64,000 bases of DNA from the NCBI GenBank assembly GCA_040954595.2, contig CM082594.2:9924296-9988295 (forward strand), given 5' to 3'. A program made the position numbers and the translations under genes. The DNA is from Balanoglossus misakiensis. Taxonomy: Eukaryota; Animalia; Hemichordata. Below, one piece after another: positions 48,490 to 63,400 of the stretch; position 1 is the stretch's first letter, and every line of letters starts with the position of its first letter. Under the pieces are notes generated by a model. It was not told the DNA's origin and did no database searches. It saw nothing but the letters and a program-made list of their open reading frames with translations.

Positions 48490-51400
48490 TGGGACAATTT
48501 TTCGACTTCGGGAATTTTCAAAATTTGGCCGATTTTTGATAAAAAGCATGGGTTATAGCTCATGAAAATCGTCAAAAATCGACAATTTTTCGACTTCGGG
48601 AATTTTCAAAATTTGGCCGATTTTTGAAAAAAATCATGGGTTATAGCTCATGAAAATCATCAAAAAATGACAATTTTTCGACTTTGCGGAATTTCAAAAT
48701 TTGGCAGATTTTTGAAAAAATCATGGGTTATAGCTCATGAAAATCATCCAAAAATGAGAATTTTTCGACTTTGCGGAATTTCAAAATTTGGCAGATTTTT
48801 GAAAAAATCATGGGTTATAGCTCATGAAAATCATCCAAAAATGAGAATTTTTCGACTTTGCGGAAAATCAAAATTTGGCCGATTTTTGAAAAAAACCATG
48901 GGTTATAGCTCAGGAAATCATCAAAAAATGACAATTTTTCGACTTTGCGGAAAATCAAAATTTGGCCGATTTTTGAAAAAAACCATGGGTTATAGCTCAG
49001 GAAATCATCAAAAAATGACAATTTTTCGACTTTGCGGAAAATCAAAATTTGGCCGATTTTTGAAAAAAACCATGGGTTATAGCTCAGGAAATCATCAAAA
49101 AATGACAATTTTTCGACTTTGCGGAAAATCAAAATTTGGCCGATTTTTGAAAAAAAACATGGGTTATAGCTCAGGAAATCATCAAAAAATGACAATTTTT
49201 CGACTTTGCGGAAAATCAAATTTTGGCCGATTTTTGAAAAAAAACCATGGGTTATAGCTCAGGAAATCATCAAAAAATGACAATTTTTCGACTTTGCGGA
49301 AAATCAAAATTTGGCCGATTTTTGAAAAAAACCATGGGTTATAGCTCAGGAAATCATCAAAAAACGACAATTTTTCGACTTTGCGGAAAATCAAAATTTG
49401 GCCGATTTTTGAAAAAAACCATGGGTTATAGCTCAGGAAATCATCAAAAAATGACAATTTTTCGACTTTGCGGAAAATCAAAATTTGGCCGATTTTTGAA
49501 AAAAACCATGGGTTATAGCTCAGGAAATCATCAAAAAATGACAATTTTTCGACTTTGCGGAAAATCAAAATTTGGCCGATTTTTGAAAAAAACCATGGGT
49601 TATAGCTCAGGAAATCATCAAAAAATGACAATTTTTCGACTTTGCGGAAAATCAAAATTTGGCCGATTTTTGAAAAAAACCATGGGTTATAGCTCAGGAA
49701 ATCATCAAAAAATGACAATTTTTCGACTTTGCGGAAAATGAAAATTTGGCCGATTTTTGAAAAAAACCATGGGTTATAGCTCAGGAAATCATCAAAAAAT
49801 GACAATTTTTCGACTTTGCGGAAAATGAAAATTTGGCCGATTTTTGAAAAAAACCATGGGTTATAGCTCAGGAAATCATCAAAAAATGACAATTTTTCGA
49901 CTTTGCGGAAAATCAAAATTTGGCCGATTTTTGAAAAAAACCATGGGTTATAGCTCAGGAAATCATCAAAAAATGACAATTTTTCGACTTTGCGGAAAAT
50001 CAAAATTTGGCCGATTTTTGAAAAAAACCATGGGTTATAGCTCAGGAAATCATCAAAAAATGACAATTTTTCGACTTTGCGGAAAATGAAAATTTGGCCG
50101 ATTTTTGAAAAAAACCATGGGTTATAGATCAGGAAATCATCAAAAAATGACAATTTTTCGACTTTGCGGAAAATCAAATTTTGGCCGATTTTTGAAAAAA
50201 ACCATGGGTTATAGCTCAGGAAATCATCAAAAAATGACAATTTTTCGACTGTGCGGAAAATCAAAATTTGGCCGATTTTTGAAAAAAACCATGGGTTATA
50301 GCTCAGGAAATCATCAAAAAATGACAATTTTTCGACTTTGCGGAAAATGAAAATTTGGCCGATTTTTGAAAAAAACCATGGGTTATAGCTCAGGAAATCA
50401 TCAAAAAATGACAATTTTTCGACTTTGCGGAAAATGAAAATTTGGCCGATTTTTGAAAAAAACCATGGGTTATAGCTCAGGAAATCATCAAAAAATGACA
50501 ATTTTTTGACTTTGCGGAAAATGAAAATTTGGCCGATTTTTGAAAAAAACCATGGGTTATAGCTCAGGAAATCATCAAAAAATGACAATTTTTCGACTTT
50601 GCGGAAAATCAAAATTTGGCCGATTTTTGAAAAAAAACATGGGTTATAGCTCAGGAAATCATCAAAAAATGACAATTTTTCGACTTTGCGGAAAATCAAA
50701 ATTTGGCCGATTTTTGAAAAAAACCATGGGTTATAGCTCAGGAAATCATCAAAAAATGACAATTTTTCGACTTTGCGGAAAATCAAAATTTGGCCGATTT
50801 TTGAAAAAAACCATGGGTTATAGCTCAGGAAATCATCAAAAAATGACAATTTTTCGACTTTGCGGAAAATCAAAATTTGGCCGATTTTTGAAAAAAACCA
50901 TGGGTTATAGCTCAGGAAATCATCAAAAAATGACAATTTTTCGACTTTGCGGAAAATGAAAATTTGGCCGATTTTTGAAAAAAACCATGGGTTATAGCTC
51001 AGGAAATCATCAAAAAATGACAATTTTTCGACTTTGCGGAAAATCAAAATTTGGCCGATTTTTGAAAAAAACCATGGGTTATAGCTCAGGAAATCATTAA
51101 AAAATGACAATTTTTCGACTTTGCGGAAAATCAAAATTTGGCCGATTTTTGAAAAAAACCATGGGTTATAGCTCAGGAAATCATCAAAAAATGACAATTT
51201 TTCGACTTTGCGGAAAATGAAAATTTGGCCGATTTTTGAAAAAAACCATGGGTTATAGCTCAGGAAATCATCAAAAAATGACAATTTTTCGACTTTGCGG
51301 AAAATGAAAATTTGGCCGATTTTTGAAAAAAACCATGGGTTATAGCTCAGGAAATCATCAAAAAATGACAATTTTTCGACTTTGCGGAAAATGAAAATTT

Positions 51401-54400
51401 GGCCGATTTTTGAAAAAAACCATGGGTTATAGCTCAGGAAATCATCAAAAAATGACAATTTTTCGACTTTGCGGAAAATCAAAATTTGGCCGATTTTTGA
51501 AAAAACCATGGGTTATAGCTCAGGAAATCATCAAAAAATGACAATTTTTCGACTTTGCGGAAAATCAAAATTTGGCCGATTTTTGAAAAAAACCATGGGT
51601 TATAGCTCAGGAAATCATCAAAAAATGACAATTTTTCGACTTTGCGGAAAATCAAAATTTGGCCGATTTTTGAAAAAAACCATGGGTTATAGCTCAGGAA
51701 ATCATCAAAAAATGACAATTTTTCGACTGTGCGGAAAATCAAAATTTGGCCGATTTTTGAAAAAAACCATGGGTTATAGCTCAGGAAATCATCAAAAAAT
51801 GACAATTTTTCGACTTTGCGGAAAATCAAAATTTGGCCGATTTTTGAAAAAAACCATGGGTTATAGCTCAGGAAATCATCAAAAAATGACAATTTTTCGA
51901 CTTTGCGGAAAATCAAAATTTGGCCGATTTTTGAAAAAAACCATGGGTTATAGCTCAGGAAATCATCAAAAAATGACAATTTTTCGACTTTGCGGAAAAT
52001 CAAAATTTGGCCGATTTTTGAAAAAAACCATGGGTTATAGCTCAGGAAATCATCAAAAAATGACAATTTTTCGACTGTGCGGAAAATCAAATTTTGGCCG
52101 ATTTTTGAAAAAAACCATGGGTTATAGCTCAGGAAATCATCAAAAAATGACAATTTTTCGACTGTGCGGAAAATCAAATTTTGGCCGATTTTTGAAAAAA
52201 ACCATGGGTTATAGCTCAGGAAATCATCAAAAAATGACAATTTTTCGACTGTGCGGAAAATCAAAATTTGGCCGATTTTTGAAAAAAACCATGGGTTATA
52301 GCTCAGGAAATCATCAAAAAATGACAATTTTTCGACTTTGCGGAAAATCAAAATTTGGCCGATTTTTGAAAAAAACCATGGGTTATAGCTCAGGAAATCA
52401 TCAAAAAATGACAATTTTTCGACTTTGCGGAAAATGAAAATTTGGCCGATTTTTGAAAAAAACCATGGGTTATAGCTCAGGAAATCATCAAAAAATGACA
52501 ATTTTTCGACTTTGCGGAAAATCAAAATTTGGACGATTTTTGAAAAAAACCATGGGTTATAGCTCAGGAAATCATCAAAAAATGACAATTTTTCGACTTT
52601 GCGGAAAATCAAAATTTGGCCGATTTTTGAAAAAAACCATGGGTTATAGCTCAGGAAATCATCAAAAAATGACAATTTTTCGACTTTGCGGAAAATCAAA
52701 ATTTGGCCGATTTTTGAAAAAAAACCATGGGTTATAGCTCAGGAAATCATCAAAAAATGACAATTTTTCGACTTTGCGGAAAATCAAAATTTGGCCGATT
52801 TTTGAAAAAAAACATGGGTTATAGCTCAGGAAATCATCAAAAAATGACAATTTTTCGACTTTGCGGAAAATCAAATTTTGGCCGATTTTTGAAAAAAACC
52901 ATGGGTTATAGCTCAGGAAATCATCAAAAAATGACAATTTTTCGACTTTGCGGAAAATCAAAATTTGGCCGATTTTTGAAAAAAACCATGGGTTATAGCT
53001 CAGGAAATCATCAAAAAATGACAATTTTTCGACTGTGCGGAAAATCAAATTTTGGCCGATTTTTGAAAAAAACCATGGGTTATAGCTCAGGAAATCATCA
53101 AAAAATGACAATTTTTCGACTGTGCGGAAAATCAAATTTTGGCCGATTTTTGAAAAAAACCATGGGTTATAGCTCAGGAAATCATCAAAAAATGACAATT
53201 TTTCGACTGTGCGGAAAATCAAAATTTGGCCGATTTTTGAAAAAAACCATGGGTTATAGCTCAGGAAATCATCAAAAAATGACAATTTTTCGACTTTGCG
53301 GAAAATCAAAATTTGGCCGATTTTTGAAAAAAACCATGGGTTATAGCTCAGGAAATCATCAAAAAATGACAATTTTTCGACTTTGCGGAAAATGAAAATT
53401 TGGCCGATTTTTGAAAAAAACCATGGGTTATAGCTCAGGAAATCATCAAAAAATGACAATTTTTCGACTTTGCGGAAAATCAAAATTTGGACGATTTTTG
53501 AAAAAAACCATGGGTTATAGCTCAGGAAATCATCAAAAAATGACAATTTTTCGACTTTGCGGAAAATCAAAATTTGGCCGATTTTTGAAAAAAACCATGG
53601 GTTATAGCTCAGGAAATCATCAAAAAATGACAATTTTTCGACTTTGCGGAAAATCAAAATTTGGCCGATTTTTGAAAAAAAACCATGGGTTATAGCTCAG
53701 GAAATCATCAAAAAATGACAATTTTTCGACTTTGCGGAAAATCAAAATTTGGCCGATTTTTGAAAAAAAACATGGGTTATAGCTCAGGAAATCATCAAAA
53801 AATGACAATTTTTCGACTTTGCGGAAAATCAAATTTTGGCCGATTTTTGAAAAAAACCATGGGTTATAGCTCAGGAAATCATCAAAAAATGACAATTTTT
53901 CGACTTTGCGGAAAATCAAAATTTGGCCGATTTTTGAAAAAAACCATGGGTTATAGCTCAGGAAATCATCAAAAAATGACAATTTTTCGACTTTGCGGAA
54001 AATGAAAATTTGGCCGATTTTTGAAAAAAACCATGGGTTATAGCTCAGGAAATCATCAAAAAATGACAATTTTTCGACTTTGCGGAAAATGAAAATTTGG
54101 CCGATTTTTGAAAAAAACCATGGGTTATAGCTCAGGAAATCATCAAAAAATGACAATTTTTCGATTGTGCGGAAAATCAAAATTTGGCCGATTTTTGAAA
54201 AAAACCATGGGTTATAGCTCAGGAAATCATCAAAAAATGACAATTTTTCGACTTTGCGGAAAATCAAAATTTGGCCGATTTTTGAAAAAAACCATGGGTT
54301 ATAGCTCAGGAAATCATCAAAAAATGACAATTTTTCGACTTTGCGGAAAATCAAAATTTGGCCGATTTTTGAAAAAAACCATGGGTTATAGCTCAGGAAA

Positions 54401-57400
54401 TCATCAAAAAATGACAATTTTTCGACTGTGCGGAAAATCAAATTTTGGCCGATTTTTGAAAAAAACCATGGGTTATAGCTCAGGAAATCATCAAAAAATG
54501 ACAATTTTTCGACTTTGCGGAAAATCAAAATTTGGCCGATTTTTGAAAAAAACCATGGGTTATAGCTCAGGAAATCATCAAAAAATGACAATTTTTCGAC
54601 TTTGCGGAAAATCAAAATTTGGCCGATTTTTGAAAAAAACCATGGGTTATAGCTCAGGAAATCATCAAAAAATGACAATTTTTCGACTTTGCGGAAAATC
54701 AAAATTTGGCCGATTTTTGAAAAAAACCATGGGTTATAGCTCAGAAATTCATCAAAAAATGACAATTTTTCGACTTTGCGGAAAATCAAAATTTGGCCGA
54801 TTTTTGAAAAAAACCATGGGTTATAGCTCAGGAAATCATCAAAAAATGACAATTTTTCGACTTTGCGGAAAATCAAAATTTGGCCGATTTTTGAAAAAAA
54901 CCATGGGTTATAGCTCAGGAAATCATCAAAAAATGACAATTTTTCGACTTTGCGGAAAATCAAATTTTGGCCGATTTTTGAAAAAAACCATGGGTTATAG
55001 CTCAGGAAATCATCAAAAAATGACAATTTTTCGACTTTGCGGAAAATGAAAATTTGGCCGATTTTTGAAAAAAACCATGGGTTATAGCTCAGGAAATCAT
55101 CAAAAAATGACAATTTTTCGACTTTGCGGAAAATCAAAATTTGGCCGATTTTTGAAAAAAACCATGGGTTATAGCTCAGGAAATCATCAAAAAATGACAA
55201 TTTTTCGACTTTGCGGAAAATGAAAATTTGGCCGATTTTTGAAAAAAACCATGGGTTATAGCTCAGGAAATCATCAAAAAATGACAATTTTTCGACTTTG
55301 CGGAAAATGAAAATTTGGCCGATTTTTGAAAAAAACCATGGGTTATAGCTCAGGAAATCATCAAAAAATGACAATTTTTCGATTGTGCGGAAAATCAAAA
55401 TTTGGCCGATTTTTGAAAAAAACCATGGGTTATAGCTCAGGAAATCATCAAAAAATGACAATTTTTCGACTTTGCGGAAAATCAAAATTTGGCCGATTTT
55501 TGAAAAAAACCATGGGTTATAGCTCAGGAAATCATCAAAAAATGACAATTTTTCGACTTTGCGGAAAATCAAAATTTGGCCGATTTTTGAAAAAAACCAT
55601 GGGTTATAGCTCAGGAAATCATCAAAAAATGACAATTTTTCGACTGTGCGGAAAATCAAATTTTGGCCGATTTTTGAAAAAAACCATGGGTTATAGCTCA
55701 GGAAATCATCAAAAAATGACAATTTTTCGACTTTGCGGAAAATCAAAATTTGGCCGATTTTTGAAAAAAACCATGGGTTATAGCTCAGGAAATCATCAAA
55801 AAATGACAATTTTTCGACTTTGCGGAAAATCAAAATTTGGCCGATTTTTGAAAAAAACCATGGGTTATAGCTCAGGAAATCATCAAAAAATGACAATTTT
55901 TCGACTTTGCGGAAAATCAAAATTTGGCCGATTTTTGAAAAAAACCATGGGTTATAGCTCAGAAATTCATCAAAAAATGACAATTTTTCGACTTTGCGGA
56001 AAATCAAAATTTGGCCGATTTTTGAAAAAAACCATGGGTTATAGCTCAGGAAATCATCAAAAAATGACAATTTTTCGACTTTGCGGAAAATCAAAATTTG
56101 GCCGATTTTTGAAAAAAACCATGGGTTATAGCTCAGGAAATCATCAAAAAATGACAATTTTTCGACTTTGCGGAAAATCAAATTTTGGCCGATTTTTGAA
56201 AAAAACCATGGGTTATAGCTCAGGAAATAATCAAAAAATGACAATTTTTCGACTTTGCGGAAAATGAAAATTTGGCCGATTTTTGAAAAAAACCATGGGT
56301 TATAGCTCAGGAAATCATCAAAAAATGACAATTTTTCGACTTTGCGGAAAATGAAAATTTGGCCGATTTTTGAAAAAAACCATGGGTTATAGCTCAGGAA
56401 ATCATCAAAAAATGACAATTATTCGACTTTGCGGAAAATCAAAATTTGGCCGATTTTTGAAAAAAACCATAGGTTATAGCTCAGGAAATCATCAAAAAAT
56501 GACAATTTTTCGACTTTGCGGAAAATCAAAATTTGGCCGATTTTTGAAAAAAACCATGGGTTATAGCTCAGGAAATCATCAAAAAATGACAATTTTTCGA
56601 CTTTGCGGAAAATCAAAATTTGGCCGATTTTTGAAAAAAACCATGGGTTATAGCTCAGGAAATCATCAAAAAATGACAATTTTTCGACTGTGCGGAAAAT
56701 CAAAATTTGGCCGATTTTTGAAAAAAACCATGGGTTATAGCTCAGGAAATCATCAAAAAATGACAATTTTTCGACTGTGCGGAAAATCAAAATTTGGCCG
56801 ATTTTTGAAAAAAAACATGGGTTATAGCTCAGGAAATCATCAAAAAATGACAATTTTTCGACTTTGCGGAAAATCAAAATTTGGCCGATTTTTGAAAAAA
56901 ACCATGGGTTATAGCTCAGGAAATCATCAAAAAATGACAATTTTTCGACTTTGCGGAAAATCAAAATTTGGCCGATTTTTGAAAAAAACCATGGGTTATA
57001 GCTCAGGAAATCATCAAAAAATGACAATTTTTCGACTTTGCGGAAAATCAAAATTTGGCCGATTTTTGAAAAAAACCATGGGTTATAGCTCAGGAAATCA
57101 TCAAAAAATGACAATTTTTCGACTTTGCGGAAAATCAAATTTTGGCCGATTTTTGAAAAAAACCATGGGTTATAGCTCAGGAAATCATCAAAAAATGACA
57201 ATTTTTCGACTGTGCGGAAAATCAAAATTTGGCCGATTTTTGAAAAAAACCATGGGTTATAGCTCAGGAAATCATCAAAAAATGACAATTTTTCGACTTT
57301 GCGGAAAATGAAAATTTGGCCGATTTTTGAAAAAAACCATGGGTTATAGCTCAGGAAATCATCAAAAAATGACAATTCTTCGACTTTGCGGAAAATCAAA

Positions 57401-60400
57401 ATTTGGCCGATTTTTGACAAAAACCATGGGTTATAGCTCAGGAAATCATCAAAAAATGACAATTTTTCGACTTTGCGGAAAATCAAAATTTGGCCGATTT
57501 TTGAAAAAAACCATGGGTTATAGCTCAGGAAATCATCAAAAAATGACAATTTTTCGACTTTGCGGAAAATCAAAATTTGGCCGATTTTTGAAAAAAACCA
57601 TGGGTTATAGCTCAGGAAATCATCAAAAAATGACAATTTTTCGACTCTGCGGAAAATCAAAATTTGGCCGATTTTTGAAAAAAACCATGGGTTATAGCTC
57701 AGGAAATCATCAAAAAATGACAATTTTTCGACTTTGCGGAAAATCAAAATTTGGCCGATTTTTGAAAAAAACCATGGGTTATAGCTCAGGAAATCATCAA
57801 AAAATGACAATTTTTCGACTTTGCGGAAAATCAAAATTTGGCCGATTTTTGAAAAAAACCATGGGTTATAGCTCAGGAAATCATCAAAAAATGACAATTT
57901 TTTGAATTTGCGGAAAATCAAAATTTGGCCGATTTTTGAAAAAAACCATGGGTTATAGCTCAGGAAATCATCAAAAAATGACAATTTTTCGACATTGCGG
58001 AAAATCAAAATTTGGCCGATTTTTGAAAAAAACCATGGGTTATAGCTCAGGAAATCATCAAAAAATGACAATTTTTCAACTTTGCGGAAAATCAAAATTT
58101 GGCCGATTTTTGAAAAAAACCATGGGTTATAGCTCAGGAAATCATCAAAAAATGACAATTTTTCGACTTTGCGGAAAATCAAATTTTGGCCGATTTTTGA
58201 AAAAAACCATGGGTTATAGCTCAGGAAATCATCAAAAAATGACAATTTTTCGACTTTGCGGAAAATCAAATTTTGGCCGATTTTTGAAAAAAACCATGGG
58301 TTATAGCTCAGGAAATCATCAAAAAATGACAATTTTTCGACTTTGCGGAAAATCAAAATTTGGCCGATTTTTGAAAAAAAACATGGGTTATAGCTAAGGA
58401 AATCATCAAAAAATGACAATTTTTCGACTGTGCGGAAAATCAAAATTTGGCCGATTTTTGAAAAAAACCATGGGTTATAGCTCAGGAAATCATCAAAAAA
58501 TGACAATTTTTCGACTTTGCGGAAAATCAAAATTTGGCCGATTTTTGAAAAAAACCATGGGTTATAGCTCAGGAAATCATCAAAAAATGACAATTTTTCG
58601 ACTTTGCGGAAAATCAAAATTTGGCCGATTTTTGAAAAAAACCATGGGTTATAGCTCAGGAAATCATCAAAAAATGACAATTTTTCGACTTTGCGGAAAA
58701 TCAAAATTTGGCCGATTTTTGAAAAAAACCATGGGTTATAGCTCAGGAAATCATCAAAAAATGACAATTTTTCGACTTTGCGGAAAATCAAAATTTGGCC
58801 GATTTTTGAAAAAAACCATGGGTTATAGCTCAGGAAATCATCAAAAAATGACAATTTTTCGACTTCGCGGAAAATCAAAATTTGGCCGATTTTTGAAAAA
58901 AACCATGGGTTATAGCTCAGGAAATCATCAAAAAATGACAATTTTTCGACTGTGCGGAAAATCAAAATTTGGCCGATTTTTGAAAAAAACCATGGGTTAT
59001 AGCTCAGGAAATCATCAAAAAATGACAATTTTTCGACTTTGCGGAAAATGAAAATTTGGCCGATTTTTGAAAAAAACCATGGGTTATAGCTCAGGAAATC
59101 ATCAAAAAATGACAATTTTTCGACTTTGCGGAAAATCAAAATTTGGCCGATTTTTGAAAAAAACCATGGGTTATAGCTCAGGAAATCATCAAAAAATGAC
59201 AATTTTTCGACTTTGCGGAAAATGAAAATTTGGCCGATTTTTGAAAAAAACCATGGGTTATAGCTCAGGAAATCATCAAAAAATGACAATTTTTCGACTT
59301 TGCGGAAAATGAAAATTTGGCCGATTTTTGAAAAAAACCATGGGTTATAGCTCAGGAAATCATCAAAAAATGACAATTTTTCGACTTTGCGGAAAATGAA
59401 AATTTGGCCGATTTTTGAAAAAAACCATGGGTTATAGCTCAGGAAATCATCAAAAAATGACAATTTTTCGACTTTGCGGAAAATCAAAATTTGGCCGATT
59501 TTTGAAAAAAACCATGGGTTATAGCTCAGGAAATCATCAAAAAATGACAATTTTTCGACTTTGCGGAAAATGAAAATTTGGCCGATTTTTGAAAAAAACC
59601 ATGGGTTATAGCTCAGGAAATCATCAAAAAATGACAATTTTTCGACTTTGCGGAAAATGAAAATTTGGCCGATTTTTGAAAAAAACCATGGGTTATAGCT
59701 CAGGAAATCATCAAAAAATGACAATTTTTCGACTTTGCGGAAAATCAAAATTTGGCCGATTTTTGAAAAAAACCATGGGTTATAGCTCAGGAAATCATCA
59801 AAAAATGACAATTTTTCGACTTTGCGGAAAATCAAAATTTGGCCGATTTTTGAAAAAAACCATGGGTTATAGCTCAGGAAATCATCAAAAAATGACAATT
59901 TTTCGACTTTGCGGAAAATCAAAATTTGGCCGATTTTTGAAAAAAACCATGGGTTATAGCTCAGGAAATCATCAAAAAATGACAATTTTTCGACTTTGCG
60001 GAAAATCAAAATTTGGCCGATTTTTGAAAAAAACCATGGGTTATAGCTCAGGAAATCATCAAAAAATGACAATTTTTCGACTTTGCGGAAAATCAAAATT
60101 TGGCCGATTTTTGAAAAAAACCATGGGTTATAGCTCAGGAAATCATCAAAAAATGACAATTTTTCGACTTTGCGGAAAATCAAAATTTGGCCGATTTTTG
60201 AAAAAAACCATGGGTTATAGCTCAGGAAATCATCAAAAAATGACAATTTTTCGACTTTGCGGAAAATCAAAATTTGGCCGATTTTTGAAAAAAACCATGG
60301 GTTATAGCTCAGGAAATCATCAAAAAATGACAATTTTTCGACTTTGCGGAAAATCAAATTTTGGCCGATTTTTGAAAAAAACCATGGGTTATAGCTCAGG

Positions 60401-63400
60401 AAATCATCAAAAAATGACAATTTTTCGACTTTGCGGAAAATGAAAATTTGGCCGATTTTTGAAAAAAACCATGGGTTATAGCTCAGGAAATCATCAAAAA
60501 ATGACAATTTTTCGACTTTGCGGAAAATGAAAATTTGGCCGATTTTTGAAAAAAACCATGGGTTATAGCTCAGGAAATCATCAAAAAATGACAATTTTTC
60601 GACTTTGCGGAAAATCAAAATTTGGCCGATTTTTGAAAAAAATCATGGGTTATAGCTCAGGAAATCATCAAAAAATGACAATTTTTCGACTTTGCGGAAA
60701 ATCAAAATTTGGCCGATTTTTGAAAAAAACCATGGGTTATAGCTCAGGAAATCATCAAAAAATGACAATTTTTCGACTTTGCGGAAAATCAAAATTTGGC
60801 CGATTTTTGAAAAAAACCATGGGTTATAGCTCAGGAAATCATCAAAAAATGACAATTTTTCGACTTTGCGGAAAATCAAAATTTGGCCGATTTTTGAAAA
60901 AAACCATGGGTTATAGCTCAGGAAATCATCAAAAAATGACAATTTTTCGACTTTGCGGAAAATCAAAATTTGGCCGATTTTTGAAAAAAAACATGGGTTA
61001 TAGCTAAGGAAATCATCAAAAAATGACAATTTTTCGACTGTGCGGAAAATCAAAATTTGGCCGATTTTTGAAAAAAACCATGGGTTATAGCTCAGGAAAT
61101 CATCAAAAAATGACAATTTTTCGACTTTGCGGAAAATCAAAATTTGGCCGATTTTTGAAAAAAACCATGGGTTATAGCTCAGGAAATCATCAAAAAATGA
61201 CAATTTTTTGAATTTGCGGAAAATCAAAATTTGGCCGATTTTTGAAAAAAACCATGGGTTATAGCTCAGGAAATCATCAAAAAATGACAATTTTTCGACT
61301 TTGCGGAAAATCAAAATTTGGCCGATTTTTGAAAAAAACCATGGGTTATAGCTCAGGAAATCATCAAAAAATGACATTTTTTCGACTTTGCGGAAAATCA
61401 AAATTTGGCCGATTTTTGAAAAAAACCATGGGTTATAGCTCAGGAAATCATCAAAAAATGACAATTTTTCGACTGTGCGGAAAATCAAATTTTGGCCGAT
61501 TTTTGAAAAAAACCATGGGTTATAGCTCAGGAAATCATCAAAAAATGACAATTTTTCGACTTTGCGGAAAATCAAAATTTGGCCGATTTTTGAAAAAAAC
61601 CATGGGTTATAGCTCAGGAAATCATCAAAAAATGACAATTTTTCGACTTTGCGGAAAATCAAAATTTGGCCGATTTTTGAAAAAAACCATGGGTTATAGC
61701 TCAGGAAATCATCAAAAAATGACAATTTTTCGACTTTGCGGAAAATCAAAATTTGGCCGATTTTTGAAAAAAACCATGGGTTATAGCTCAGGAAATCATC
61801 AAAAAATGACAATTTTTCGACTTTGCGGAAAATCAAAATTTGGCCGATTTTTGAAAAAAACCATGGGTTATAGCTCAGGAAATCATCAAAAAATGACAAT
61901 TTTTCGACTTTGCGGAAAATCAAAATTTGGCCGATTTTTGAAAAAAACCATGGGTTATAGCTCAGGAAATCATCAAAAAATGACAATTTTTCGACTTTGC
62001 GGAAAATGAAAATTTGGCCGATTTTTGAAAAAAACCATGGGTTATAGCTCAGGAAATCATCAAAAAATGACAATTTTTCGACTTTGCGGAAAATGAAAAT
62101 TTGGCCGATTTTTGAAAAAAACCATGGGTTATAGCTCAGGAAATCATCAAAAAATGACAATTTTTCGACTTTGCGGAAAATCAAAATTTGGCCGATTTTT
62201 GAAAAAAACCATGGGTTATAGCTCAGGAAATCATCAAAAAATGACAATTTTTCGACTTTGCGGAAAATGAAAATTTGGCCGATTTTTGAAAAAAACCATG
62301 GGTTATAGCTCAGGAAATCATCAAAAAATGACAATTTTTCGACTTTGCGGAAAATCAAAATTTGGCCGATTTTTGAAAAAAACCATGGGTTATAGCTCAG
62401 GAAATCATCAAAAAATGACAATTTTTCGACTTTGCGGAAAATCAAAATTTGGCCGATTTTTGAAAAAAACCATGGGTTATAGCTCAGGAAATCATCAAAA
62501 AATGACAATTTTTCGACTTTGCGGAAAATCAAAATTTGGCCGATTTTTGAAAAAAACCATGGGTTATAGCTCAGGAAATCATCAAAAAATGACAATTTTT
62601 CGACTTTGCGGAAAATCAAAATTTGGCCGATTTTTGAAAAAAACCATGGGTTATAGCTCAGGAAATCATCAAAAAATGACAATTTTTCGACTTTGCGGAA
62701 AATCAAAATTTGGCCGATTTTTGAAAAAAAACATGGGTTATAGCTAAGGAAATCATCAAAAAATGACAATTTTTCGACTGTGCGGAAAATCAAAATTTGG
62801 CCGATTTTTGAAAAAAACCATGGGTTATAGCTCAGGAAATCATCAAAAAATGACAATTTTTCGACTTTGCGGAAAATCAAAATTTGGCCGATTTTTGAAA
62901 AAAACCATGGGTTATAGCTCAGGAAATCATCAAAAAATGACAATTTTTTGAATTTGCGGAAAATCAAAATTTGGCCGATTTTTGAAAAAAACCATGGGTT
63001 ATAGCTCAGGAAATCATCAAAAAATGACAATTTTTCGACTTTGCGGAAAATCAAAATTTGGCCGATTTTTGAAAAAAACCATGGGTTATAGCTCAGGAAA
63101 TCATCAAAAAATGACATTTTTTCGACTTTGCGGAAAATCAAAATTTGGCCGATTTTTGAAAAAAACCATGGGTTATAGCTCAGGAAATCATCAAAAAATG
63201 ACAATTTTTCGACTGTGCGGAAAATCAAATTTTGGCCGATTTTTGAAAAAAACCATGGGTTATAGCTCAGGAAATCATCAAAAAATGACAATTTTTCGAC
63301 TTTGCGGAAAATCAAAATTTGGCCGATTTTTGAAAAAAACCATGGGTTATAGCTCAGGAAATCATCAAAAAATGACAATTTTTCGACTTTGCGGAAAATC

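Noticed and set aside
48935-48952. Canonical CENP-B box in the monomer
   Set aside because: Spacing between TTCG and CGG is 6 rather than 7 nt, and the central A and final G are missing; resemblance only
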